From Brevinema andersonii (lineage in GTDB: Bacteria; Spirochaetota; DYKD01), in contig DYKD01000008.1 of assembly GCA_020722765.1 (NCBI GenBank), positions 1,304-65,303 of the forward strand: 64,000 bases of DNA. Direction: 5' to 3'. Position 1 is the stretch's first letter; every line of letters starts with the position of its first letter. The notes under the pieces were generated by a model, which was not told the origin of the DNA, did no database searches, and saw nothing but the letters and a program-made list of their open reading frames with translations. The position numbers and the translations under genes are program-made. Below, piece after piece: positions 50,586 to 59,502 of the stretch.

Positions 50586-50880
50586 TTTCTATGCCATTCT
50601 CTTGACACCAAGACATTATGATTTCCTTGATTTTCCTGTTTCTATAATCGTAGTAACCTGTTGACAGTCCCATATCTTGAACCATATCTTTGAATCTTCT
50701 GAATCCACCCCTGCCTTCTAAAGCATTCTCAAGACTGTTACAAACAGTCCTGTCTTTACACGATCTGGCAAAACCTTTCATAATTTCACGGTCATCATCA
50801 GGGGAAAGTTCTGGCAACGAGACATACCGGTCATCCTCCAAATCTTCTTCTGTAATTTCATTTTTCTTCAGTTTCATCAA
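50554..50880 (-). CDS. hypothetical protein (UPF0158-like)
   Basis: 108 aa with a GRGGFRRFKD motif. Assignment to UPF0158 is from memory and uncertain. Confidence 0.35.
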   Translation of the reverse strand: MMKLKKNEITEEDLEDDRYVSLPELSPDDDREIMKGFARSCKDRTVCNSLENALEGRGGFRRFKDMVQDMGLSTGYYDYRNRKIKEIIMSWCQENGIEIEGETVHGKA

Positions 50881-51207
50881 AATTATATTGAATTACCTTT
50901 CCTGTTTCTTTGTCAAGATCATTCGTGCCGCTTTCCAAAGGAAAAACGACAGCTTCGAAAATGTCATCAAAATCCGCTTTTGGCATGAGACTTCCTGAAT
51001 ATTTCCAACTCGGTTTTTTTTAACAGAGTATACAAGCAAAATATCACAAATCATTTCAGTTTTGTCAAACTTTACGATTCTGAAAAAAAACTTACTCTCC
51101 GAAAAAATCTTTTTTCACCTCGTTATTTATGGCATCAGATGTTATTCTTTTTACTTTGATTTTTTATTGTTTAACAATTATATTGATATCCAAATATGGA
51201 GTTTTGA

Positions 51208-51954
51208 ATGCCGATTCCTTTTATTGAAATCCTTCGTCACTTTGACAATAGCCTCAACACTCTCATCAGGGATCTTTCCACCTCCTTCAATATAATCTCG
51301 TTCGCAATCCTTGTTTTGATCTCTTTCTTATACGGCTTGATTCATTCACTTGGGCCAGGACACGGGAAGTCCCTCGTAGCTGCTTATTTCCTGAAAGAAA
51401 AACAACCCCTGAAAAAATCACTGCTCCTCGCAGGTGTCATTTCCCTTATACATTCAGGATCTGCCATTGTTCTTTCGATTCTTTTCAGCTTTGTGTTAAC
51501 TGGCATCAAAGGGATGATGCAGATCAAGATGCAGGGATATTTTATGTTTGCCAGTGGCCTCCTGATTTGTGCTATTGGTCTTTTTTTTCTGATTACCAAG
51601 ATTTTTTTTAATAAAGAGAATGAGCCCGAAGTAGTCCCCAAAAGCAAAAATCTTTTTCTCGTTGGCTTCTCCGCTGGTATTGTTCCTTGTCCTGCCGCTT
51701 TAATGATCATGCTTATCACAATTGCCAAAGGAGCTCCTCTTATTGGTCTGACTGCAGTGATAGCCATCTCTTTAGGCATGTTCACTATACTCACAATCAT
51801 TGGAACCGTCAGTATCACCATAAGAAATAAGATTATCTCTGCGTCTGGTACGATTTCTGGAAGAGTCCAATTGATATCTACAATTGTTGAATATCTATCT
51901 ATCTCCCTTATAATTCTTATTGGCGCTGCCATGATGCTGACAATTCTCAGATAA
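51208..51954 (+). CDS. NicO-family nickel/cobalt transporter permease
   Basis: HSLGPGHGK motif, 6-7 transmembrane segments, 248 aa. Confidence 0.65.
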   Translation: MPIPFIEILRHFDNSLNTLIRDLSTSFNIISFAILVLISFLYGLIHSLGPGHGKSLVAAYFLKEKQPLKKSLLLAGVISLIHSGSAIVLSILFSFVLTGIKGMMQIKMQGYFMFASGLLICAIGLFFLITKIFFNKENEPEVVPKSKNLFLVGFSAGIVPCPAALMIMLITIAKGAPLIGLTAVIAISLGMFTILTIIGTVSITIRNKIISASGTISGRVQLISTIVEYLSISLIILIGAAMMLTILR

Positions 51955-51965
51955 GAGGTAGCTTC

Positions 51966-52526
51966 ATGGATTTTCGTTTTCTAACACTTTTTTTATTATT
52001 TCTGACAGGATCCCCAACGCTTCAAGCTCACCCTCATATCTTTATCACCGTCTCTCTGCAACCTGTTATTGAACAAGAGACATTGAAAGGGTTTAAAATG
52101 AAATGGGTATGGGATAAATGGTGGAGCGAAGATGTGATCAATAGCTGTGATAACGATAAAAACGGAGTCTTCGACGAGAAAGAAAACTCTCAAATATTCA
52201 AAGATTTTTTCGATGGGATAAAAGATTACAATTATTTTACTGAGATTTCGATTGATGGGAAAAAAATAAAAACCGGCCTGGTCAAAAAGCTTTCTGCAAC
52301 CATGGAAAAATCAGGGCAAGTAAGCTATTCTTTTTTCCTTCCAGCAGAGGTTCCCATATCCAAAAAAACGAAAATCAAACTTGTTTTTAATGATGAGACT
52401 ATTTATACGGCTTTTGACAAAAACGTCTTACTGATACAAAAACCTGGGATTGAATATAACAACCCGTCTTATGTCACGTCTGGCTATTACGGGGTACAGG
52501 TTACTTTCCAAATGACACGACCATAA
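51966..52526 (+). CDS. DUF1007 family periplasmic partner of NicO transporter
   Basis: Signal peptide. The mature N-terminus HPHIFITV is typical of DUF1007. It is adjacent to and downstream of the NicO gene. Confidence 0.6.
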   Translation: MDFRFLTLFLLFLTGSPTLQAHPHIFITVSLQPVIEQETLKGFKMKWVWDKWWSEDVINSCDNDKNGVFDEKENSQIFKDFFDGIKDYNYFTEISIDGKKIKTGLVKKLSATMEKSGQVSYSFFLPAEVPISKKTKIKLVFNDETIYTAFDKNVLLIQKPGIEYNNPSYVTSGYYGVQVTFQMTRP

Positions 52527-52536
52527 AAATCCGGAA

Positions 52537-53583
52537 TCATTGCATTTCTAACCGCGAGTCCCCCCACTCATCCCATCCTATCTCATTTCCTGTGCTGTTA
52601 ATTCTTGAAACGATGTATTCATGGCATTCAACAGGATTATCCTTCAAGCAAGCCTTTCCATCATAAAGTGAATATTGGCTTCTGTATGATGCTGGAGTCA
52701 AATTTGGCATCATGATATTAGCTCCAGCTTTCAATCCATTTTCCCATCCAGATGAATTACTGACCTGAAGTGCTGTTGATGCGACAATATTCATACGAGG
52801 TCTGCAGATCCTCATTATGGCAATCATTTTTAGTGTAAGTTCAAATCTCTGCTCAAGGGAAAAACCAGACTTGATATTTCTTAATGGAGCATTGAGATGT
52901 TCAATATAAGGCCCCATTCCGATCATATCAAAACCTGATTTTAGCATAAAAACAATATCATTCGCCAAATCTTCCAATGTCTGACCTGGCAGACCAATCA
53001 TGACTCCGGAACCGACAATGTACCCTGTCTTTCGCAAGTTGCTGAGAGCCTCAATCCTGCTATCAAAACTGTGGAGCTTATCATCAGGATGAATTTTTGC
53101 ATACAAATTCCTATTGGATGTTTCAATCCTAAGAAGATATCTGTGGGCTCCTGCCTTAAACCAACGGGAATAAGTCTCATCTGTCTGTTCCCCCAAGGAA
53201 AGAGTGATTCCAATTTTCCCTTGTGAAATTTTCTTGATTTCCACGAGAAGAGCCTCAATATCACTGATAAAAGCAGGGTTTTGTTGTTCTCCAGATTGAA
53301 GTACAATGCTCCCGTACCTGTTTTCATACGCATAATGGACCGCATCAAGAACTTCCTTTCTTGGCAAAGCATATCTCTCCAATCCGTTATTCCCTGATCT
53401 TATGCCACAATACAGGCAATTTTTCCTGCAAATATTCGAATACTCTATAAGACCACGAAGAAAGATCTTGTTTCCTCTCTGTTTCATTTTTATATCATAT
53501 GCCTTGGCATACAAGGCATTCAAATCATCCTTAGACGTCAGTGACATGTAATGAAGAATTTCAGATTTTGAAAGAGCATTCAT
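52537..53583 (-). CDS. hydE: [FeFe]-hydrogenase maturase HydE (radical SAM)
   Basis: CRKNCLYCGIRSGN is the radical SAM CxxxCxxC motif. The protein is 348 aa with a BioB-like fold. It sits directly downstream of hydF and overlaps it by 4 nt. Confidence 0.7.
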   Translation of the reverse strand: MNALSKSEILHYMSLTSKDDLNALYAKAYDIKMKQRGNKIFLRGLIEYSNICRKNCLYCGIRSGNNGLERYALPRKEVLDAVHYAYENRYGSIVLQSGEQQNPAFISDIEALLVEIKKISQGKIGITLSLGEQTDETYSRWFKAGAHRYLLRIETSNRNLYAKIHPDDKLHSFDSRIEALSNLRKTGYIVGSGVMIGLPGQTLEDLANDIVFMLKSGFDMIGMGPYIEHLNAPLRNIKSGFSLEQRFELTLKMIAIMRICRPRMNIVASTALQVSNSSGWENGLKAGANIMMPNLTPASYRSQYSLYDGKACLKDNPVECHEYIVSRINSTGNEIGWDEWGDSRLEMQ

Positions 53584-54857
53584 ATTGATACTGAAGAACC
53601 CAGGAAAGGCTCAATGACCCGTTCAAAAATACCATTGATATAGGCAATAGTCATTCCATAATTTGTGACTGGCACTTTTGCTTTGAGAAAATCATGAAGA
53701 CGACCTATAACCTGTTTTCTGGTCATCATACAGCCACCACACTGGATAACAAGGGCATATTCTGTTACTGGACGGGAGATTTCGCTATGTCCAGAAATAA
53801 TATCAAAATCCAGGGACCTCTGTGAAAACGCTCTGACCCATTTGGGAATTTTGCTTCTTCCAATATCTTCGCAACTTATCTGGTGTGTACAGGATTCAAG
53901 AATCAAAATGCGATCACCATCCTGAAGAGAGGAGAGTTTCCTGGTCCCTTTGAGATAATCATCAAATGGGCCACGCATATAGGCAAATGCTATGCTGAAA
54001 CTTGTAAGCATGATCTCTTTGGGAACAATGGAATCCACAAACTTGAATGCTTGACTGTCCGTAACCACAATTTTCGGTCTAATGCCTGAAGTCAAAAGAA
54101 AATGTTCAGCCTCTGTCTCTTTCAAGACGATGCTGACTCCGTTATTATCCAAAACATCCCTGATCATCATGACTTGTGGAAGTATCATCCTGCTATCCGG
54201 GGCCTCCGAATCAATAGGAGTGACAAGCAAGGCAATGTCATCTTTAGCAAGTAGATTGCCGAGTAAAGATGGATTCTGATAAGCTGTTTGTGGGATTGTT
54301 TTTTTTAACATGGCAATGACTTTGTCCAGATTTTGAAGCGTCACAGAACTAAAATCAATAGCGTCGATTCCTGCGAAAGAGCGAATCATTTCCACTTGAT
54401 TCTGCTGAAGTGGCTCCAAATCGCATTTATTATGAATAATCAGGAAAGGAATATCAAAATCACGAAATTTTCGGAGAAGTTCTTTTTCATATTCATCAAA
54501 AGAGTTCTGGAAGAAGAGCAGTATGGCACAGTCAATTTGCTTTATGACCGCAACGCTTTTTTCTACTCTTTTCTTACCTAACTCTCCCTCATCATCAATT
54601 CCAGCCGTATCAATGATTATTGTTGGACCTATGCCAAAAATTTCCATAGATTTTCTGACAGGATCCGTGGTTGTGCCTGCCACTGAAGAAACAATTGATA
54701 CATCCGATCCTGTAATGGCATTGATAAATGAGCTTTTCCCACTGTTGCATCTTCCAAAAATGCCAATATGCGGTTTATTGTCATTGCCTTTCATAAAAAA
54801 AATCCTTATCTCGGAAGTCGAACCTTCTACAAGTAAAGATAAGCAATCTTGACACAA
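53580..54857 (-). CDS. hydF: [FeFe]-hydrogenase maturation GTPase HydF
   Basis: GTPase G1 motif (GRCNSGKSSFINAITG), a dimerisation domain, and C-terminal cluster-binding CTHQ...QCGGC motifs. 425 aa. Confidence 0.75.
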   Translation of the reverse strand: MCQDCLSLLVEGSTSEIRIFFMKGNDNKPHIGIFGRCNSGKSSFINAITGSDVSIVSSVAGTTTDPVRKSMEIFGIGPTIIIDTAGIDDEGELGKKRVEKSVAVIKQIDCAILLFFQNSFDEYEKELLRKFRDFDIPFLIIHNKCDLEPLQQNQVEMIRSFAGIDAIDFSSVTLQNLDKVIAMLKKTIPQTAYQNPSLLGNLLAKDDIALLVTPIDSEAPDSRMILPQVMMIRDVLDNNGVSIVLKETEAEHFLLTSGIRPKIVVTDSQAFKFVDSIVPKEIMLTSFSIAFAYMRGPFDDYLKGTRKLSSLQDGDRILILESCTHQISCEDIGRSKIPKWVRAFSQRSLDFDIISGHSEISRPVTEYALVIQCGGCMMTRKQVIGRLHDFLKAKVPVTNYGMTIAYINGIFERVIEPFLGSSVSI

Positions 54858-55149
54858 AAAGCATGTTAAAAATAAATGTCTCTCTCTCCAGATTCGATTT
54901 TTTTCATACGTTCAGATTTCCATAGACGTTCTTCTTCAGTTAAAAACATGCAACTTTAATACTACTTTGACAAAGCAACAGTAAAGACACCTGTAGCTGA
55001 ATAGTCGCCGGCACTTCGATACTTTTTTCATGGAAAAACACTCAGTATCCGACGGCGTAACGAAGCAAACCGGTGCAGAAATCATCAGAATGTCAAAGTA
55101 ACGTTAATACTAATATCATCAGACAAACCTGTTTAGTTCTTGGTAAATC

Positions 55150-55345
55150 ATTGAGCTTTTCTTATGCTGACTCACCCCTGAACGCTACGCGTTCGACCCC
55201 TCTCTCGAGAAAGAAGGGTAAGAAGGTCATTCTTACCCTTTCCCTTTTAAGGCTTCCAGCCCTGGAAGGGGAAAGGGTCGACACACAAAGTGCGACGCTT
55301 CGGAGTACCCAAGGTGCCTCACCGAGGGGTACGGCGGGGATAGAG
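55150..55345 (+). ncRNA. candidate structured RNA / terminator cluster in ~500-nt non-coding gap
   Basis: Hairpins seen: GGGTAAGAA-ggtca-TTCTTACCC followed by TTTCCCTTTT; a nested ACCCTTTCCC...GGGAAAGGGT stem enclosing CTTCCAG/CTGGAAG; GTACCC...GGGTAC enclosing GGTG-cct-CACC; and CTGAACGC-ta-CGCGTTCGAC. The overlapping 94-aa ORF (55073..55357) is likely spurious. Strand is not determined. Confidence 0.35.
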
Positions 55346-55372
55346 TCACGAACCTGAATTATTCAGTGAGCA

Positions 55373-55990
55373 CTAATTTATTTTTTCCGCAATAATGATA
55401 TTCTGAAATTCACTGGCCATTTCACTTGTAATCATACCTATCTTATTCAGATATTCTTTGGCTTTCTGCATGGGCCAACCAACAACATCATGCGTTCTAC
55501 CTTCAGATAAATGTACATCATCCATAATCTTAAAAGTTTTTTCTGTAAAATCGCTCAAAACGAGTCTACCACCCTTTTTAAGAATCCGTATCAGTTCAGA
55601 TAGAACTTTTTCAGAATTCCGTAGATGGTGCAGTGTATTAACACAGAAAATCAGATCAAAGCATGAATCTGGAAAAGAGATCTTTTCAGCGTTTTCCAAC
55701 ACAAACTTCACATTGTCCTGCAATCCTTTCTTTGAAAGGTAATATTTGGCAATTTCCTGTCCTAATGCATCAATGTCAATGGATGTGAAAACATATCCTC
55801 TTGAGGCCAATTCACCAGTCATACTGCCCTTGCCAGTACCTACCTCTAGAATATTTCCTTTGATGGATCCAGCAGAATCAATGACAAAACGTCTTTCCTT
55901 CATAGGTTCATAACCATACTTCTGATATTGTTCCAACCTTTTTCTATGCCTGAGCTCACCTTCGCTTATCTCTTCATCAGAAATCATCAT
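55373..55990 (-). CDS. class I SAM-dependent methyltransferase
   Basis: Motif I is ILEVGTGKGSMTG. 205 aa. Confidence 0.65.
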   Translation of the reverse strand: MMISDEEISEGELRHRKRLEQYQKYGYEPMKERRFVIDSAGSIKGNILEVGTGKGSMTGELASRGYVFTSIDIDALGQEIAKYYLSKKGLQDNVKFVLENAEKISFPDSCFDLIFCVNTLHHLRNSEKVLSELIRILKKGGRLVLSDFTEKTFKIMDDVHLSEGRTHDVVGWPMQKAKEYLNKIGMITSEMASEFQNIIIAEKIN

Positions 55991-56051
55991 TTTTCCCTTC
56001 TTTTCCTGTCCGATTTTTTTTTAACAGGAAAGACTTTGATAATCAGATTAC

Positions 56052-56882
56052 TCAGAATCTATAACATCGACCAACTGCACAGGTTGTGATAATTCCAGGC
56101 AACTTTTTTCGCATCAGTTTTACTGAATCTTCACCCGAGCAATGGCAGGCAGCTACTTTCAAGATGCCTTCCTTACGGATATAATCCACTGTCTGTTCCA
56201 AGCGTTCCTTACTGGCATTAATGAGATGGAGTCCTCCAACGACTGCTACAATCTTCTTTTTCGGATTCAATGTTTTTACATATTCACAGGTATTGATAAA
56301 TCCGGAATGGCAACAACCGGTGAGAACTACCAATCCATCATCCGTATTGATCCACATGGCAGATTCGTCAGGGATGAGATCAACTTCTTTTTTCTGAAAA
56401 TCCCGATAGAAGGAACCGCCAGTATCTTCAAAGGGAACCAAGCGAGGAATGGCACCGGTAAATCCATAGTGCGTTGCAAGGAGTGGTCGCTCCAACCAGC
56501 ATTTCCTGTTTTCTTGTAATGACTTAATCCTTTGGATTGATTTTTCATCTATTCCTATATACCTTGGATTTTCAGGATCCTTGAAACTGATATGAGTAGT
56601 CACAATCTCCGGATGTGCCACAAGAATTGCCTGTGGATTCATTTGAAGAATCCTATCCAAAGAACCTGTATGATCATAATGTCCATGACTTATAACGATT
56701 TTATCCAAATTTTCCAGACTTATTCCCATTTTCTTGCTGTTTTGAAAAATGGCCTCACCCGAACCCATATCAAAAAGTATTTTCTCCGTATGAATCTCCA
56801 GATGGGCAGAAAAACCATGTTCGGATCTATAGGAAAAGGAAGCGTTATTATCCACCAAAACACGTATTTTTACAGTCATCTC
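56052..56882 (-). CDS. MBL-fold metallo-hydrolase
   Basis: HxHxDH motif (ISHGHYDHTG). An internal ATG preceded by GGAGGG is the likely start. Confidence 0.65.
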   Translation of the reverse strand, partial: EMTVKIRVLVDNNASFSYRSEHGFSAHLEIHTEKILFDMGSGEAIFQNSKKMGISLENLDKIVISHGHYDHTGSLDRILQMNPQAILVAHPEIVTTHISFKDPENPRYIGIDEKSIQRIKSLQENRKCWLERPLLATHYGFTGAIPRLVPFEDTGGSFYRDFQKKEVDLIPDESAMWINTDDGLVVLTGCCHSGFINTCEYVKTLNPKKKIVAVVGGLHLINASKERLEQTVDYIRKEGILKVAACHCSGEDSVKLMRKKLPGIITTCAVGRCYRF

Positions 56883-57004
56883 ACCCTCCCGCCTGGCATT
56901 GCAATGAAGTGACAGTGACAACAGGAAAAACAATTGTCCGAACTTTAGCGGAAGCTATATCCTGCCGTTTCGAGAAAATTTCCAATTTGTTCAATGTAAA
57001 AAAA

Positions 57005-58648
57005 TCAATGATCGCAAGCGTTCACGCCTGCCTTCAACTCACCTTTCAAGAAAGCATTAGCGAGATTTTCAGGAGTATCTGGTGAACAACCGACAAGAAC
57101 CTCAATATTCTTTTCCTTGAAAAGTGATTGAGCCATCTCCCCCATACCACCGGCAATAATCATGTTTACACCTTTATCTCCCAGCCATTTAGGCAAAAGC
57201 CCTGGTTGATGGGGAGGTGCATCCAAATTTGTCCTTGAAATGACTATTTTCTTTTCCATATCCACTTCCATTACAGCAAAGGCGTTGCAATGTCCGAAGT
57301 GAGGGTTCAGCTTGTTGTTGTTAACTGGAATAGCAATCTTCATCGTATTCTCCTTTTGGTTTTTAGCTACAAAAAAATTCTTGATCTTGGATACAAGATT
57401 CGAATTTACCTCTTTCGATTCATCTTTTTTAAGACCAAGTGAGTTTCGAACTTTTTCTACTATTTCTGAAAGTACTGTTTCTTCCTTCTCAATGAAAGTT
57501 GTTCTCCCTTCATCAGAATCAAGCCTAATATCAGGCTCAATAGGAATGGATCCGAGAAGGGGAAGGTCAAACTGTTTGGCAAGAGTCTCTCCTCCGCCTG
57601 AACTGAAAATGTCTGTTTTTGTCCCACAATGAGGACAAACAAAACCGCTCATGTTTTCCACAATACCAATCACATCCAAAGAAAGCTGTTTGCAGAAGTT
57701 AAGTGACTTTCGAACATCTGCAGCTGAAGCTTCCTGTGGTGTTGTAACAACAAGCGCTTTTGTATCTTTTCCTAAAGTTTGCACCACTGAGAGGGGTTCA
57801 TCTCCTGTTCCTGGAGGTGAATCTACAACAAGCATATCCAGATCTCCCCAGCCGACATCCCGAATGAGTTGTTTTATGACTCCGATTTTCATTGGACCTC
57901 GCCAGATGACGGCATCATCAGGATGACGGAGCATAAATCCCATGGAAATCACCTTGAGATTATTAAGCCGTTTTATTGTAACAGGAACAATAGCTGTCCC
58001 ATCAGAGGTTAGTCCTTGTTCCTTTATTCCCAACATTAAAGGCACGCTGGGACCGTGAAAATCCACATCAAGCAGACCTACACGCAAGCCTGAAAGAGCC
58101 AAGCCTGCTGCCAGATGAACAGCCACAGTACTTTTTCCGACTCCTCCTTTTCCAGAAAGGACAACAACCTTGTTTTTTATGGTTGAAAGCCTGCCAGCAA
58201 TCTGGGCATCCTCTTCTGCCTGGCTTGGCTGAGTCTCCTTCGGTATTGAACAGGAAGAAACCGGCTTTTTTTCATTTTTCTCCTTGTAAGAAGCAACGAC
58301 TTTTTTCAAGGTATCTACAGAAAGAAGGGCGCAATGAAAAGATTCCGTTGGAATATCACCGGCTACAGCTAACACTTCCTCAGGGATCATCTTATCAAAA
58401 TAGGAAAGTCCCTTTCCACAAACGAGATTTGCAGCTGCTGTCCCACATGCTATGGAATCCGCACATCCATCTGTTGTAAATGAGGCTTCCGTAACCATTC
58501 CATCCTGAATGCGAAGCCAGAATTCCATCGTATCACCGCAAGATCCCGTAAGTCTCCCATTTGCATCAGCCTGTTTGAGCGGACCAAAATTGTGCGGGAG
58601 TGTTCTCTTTACTTGTTCATAGTCATGTTGGTACATAATTTTTTCCAT
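57005..58648 (-). CDS. tri-domain fusion: IscU/NifU-N-like scaffold + Mrp/NBP35 (ApbC) P-loop ATPase + NifX/NifB-like (FeMo-co-type) domain
   Basis: The N-terminus has conserved Cys (GSCGDTM...DGCADSIACG...FHCALL) as in IscU/SufU. The middle has a deviant Walker A (LSGKGGVGKST) and CPHCG as in Mrp/NBP35. The C-terminus (MKIAIPVN...LNPHFGHCNAFAV) resembles the dinitrogenase FeMo-cofactor-binding (NifX/NafY-like) domain. Confidence 0.6.
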   Translation of the reverse strand: MEKIMYQHDYEQVKRTLPHNFGPLKQADANGRLTGSCGDTMEFWLRIQDGMVTEASFTTDGCADSIACGTAAANLVCGKGLSYFDKMIPEEVLAVAGDIPTESFHCALLSVDTLKKVVASYKEKNEKKPVSSCSIPKETQPSQAEEDAQIAGRLSTIKNKVVVLSGKGGVGKSTVAVHLAAGLALSGLRVGLLDVDFHGPSVPLMLGIKEQGLTSDGTAIVPVTIKRLNNLKVISMGFMLRHPDDAVIWRGPMKIGVIKQLIRDVGWGDLDMLVVDSPPGTGDEPLSVVQTLGKDTKALVVTTPQEASAADVRKSLNFCKQLSLDVIGIVENMSGFVCPHCGTKTDIFSSGGGETLAKQFDLPLLGSIPIEPDIRLDSDEGRTTFIEKEETVLSEIVEKVRNSLGLKKDESKEVNSNLVSKIKNFFVAKNQKENTMKIAIPVNNNKLNPHFGHCNAFAVMEVDMEKKIVISRTNLDAPPHQPGLLPKWLGDKGVNMIIAGGMGEMAQSLFKEKNIEVLVGCSPDTPENLANAFLKGELKAGVNACDH

Positions 58649-59502
58649 ACTCCTTGTATTTCAGATTTTAATTTTTGATTTTCAGTTTCAATGATACTTT
58701 TTCCCTGCAGTTGTGCCTGTGTGAATGTCTTGTCGTAAGAGATGCGTCCTAGGATAATTCCTCCTGCTTTCAAACTTTCTTCCTCGATAGTATTAGTCAT
58801 TTCCGGATTTACGTCCCACTTGTTAATACAGACAAAAAGTTTTATTTTAAAATGCTTTGCCAGGTCTGCAACACGTTTCAAGTCATGTCTTCCTGAAACT
58901 GTCGGTTCAGTCACGGCCACAACAGCATCAGCACCTGTCACAGAAGCAATAACCGGGCAACCAATTCCTGGAGGACCATCTACAAAAAGAAAATCATAAT
59001 TTCCTTTCTCCGCAATATTTCGCGCCTCTTTCCGTACAAGTGAAACAAGCTTCCCGGAATTCTCTGATGCGGTCCCCAGTTTGGCATGAACCAAGGGTCC
59101 CACCCGAGTCATCGATTTCATCCAGACGCCACAATTCCGATCAGGGAAATCGATGGCTTTCACAGGACAGAACTGGACACAGACACCGCAGCCTTCACAA
59201 GCATTTGAATCAATATCAAAACGGATATCCCCTGATGACGTTTCCGTTTTCTTGACAGCATCAAACTTGCAAACTTCAAGACATCTTCCACAGCCAATAC
59301 AGGTCTTATTGCGGATGATGGCTTCATGACCGGATATGAAATCGTGCTGTTCCTGGATTTTTGGTTGCAAGAGAAGATGCATATCAGCAGCATCCACATC
59401 ACAATCCGCAATGACAGGATGATCCGCCAAAAAAGAGAATGCCGCAGTAATACTTGTTTTCCCCGTTCCACCTTTTCCGCTTATGATCACAATCTCTTTC
59501 AT
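58609..59502 (-). CDS. MinD/CooC-like P-loop ATPase with inserted 2x[4Fe-4S] ferredoxin domain
   Basis: Deviant Walker A (ISGKGGTGKTS) and two CxxCxxCxxxCP motifs (CIGCGRCLEVC; CEGCGVCVQFCP). 297 aa. Confidence 0.7.
   Translation of the reverse strand: MKEIVIISGKGGTGKTSITAAFSFLADHPVIADCDVDAADMHLLLQPKIQEQHDFISGHEAIIRNKTCIGCGRCLEVCKFDAVKKTETSSGDIRFDIDSNACEGCGVCVQFCPVKAIDFPDRNCGVWMKSMTRVGPLVHAKLGTASENSGKLVSLVRKEARNIAEKGNYDFLFVDGPPGIGCPVIASVTGADAVVAVTEPTVSGRHDLKRVADLAKHFKIKLFVCINKWDVNPEMTNTIEEESLKAGGIILGRISYDKTFTQAQLQGKSIIETENQKLKSEIQGVWKKLCTNMTMNK

Noticed and set aside
49630-50880. GIY-YIG nuclease + methyltransferase + small unknown protein, as a possible restriction-modification or defence module
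   Set aside because: The GIY-YIG protein is only 97 aa, the housekeeping UPF0213 type. The methyltransferase has a small-molecule class I motif I and no DNA-MTase motifs (DPPY/NPPY or PC/ENV). The genes are on opposite strands with no operon structure.
55073-55357. 94-aa ORF in the hydF-methyltransferase gap
   Set aside because: It has low-complexity Ser/Thr/Arg-rich composition, no RBS, and it overlaps the strong hairpins. It is more likely non-coding.
54950-55372. Identity of the structured non-coding region as RNase P RNA, tmRNA or SRP RNA
   Set aside because: I looked for the P4 helix sequences (AGGAAAGUCCGGGCUCC / ACAGAA.CCGGCUUA), for tmRNA termini (GGGG..UUCGAC and a T-arm before CCA), and for the SRP domain IV GGAAGCAGCC motif. 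None is present on either strand. It is kept only as a generic candidate structured RNA.
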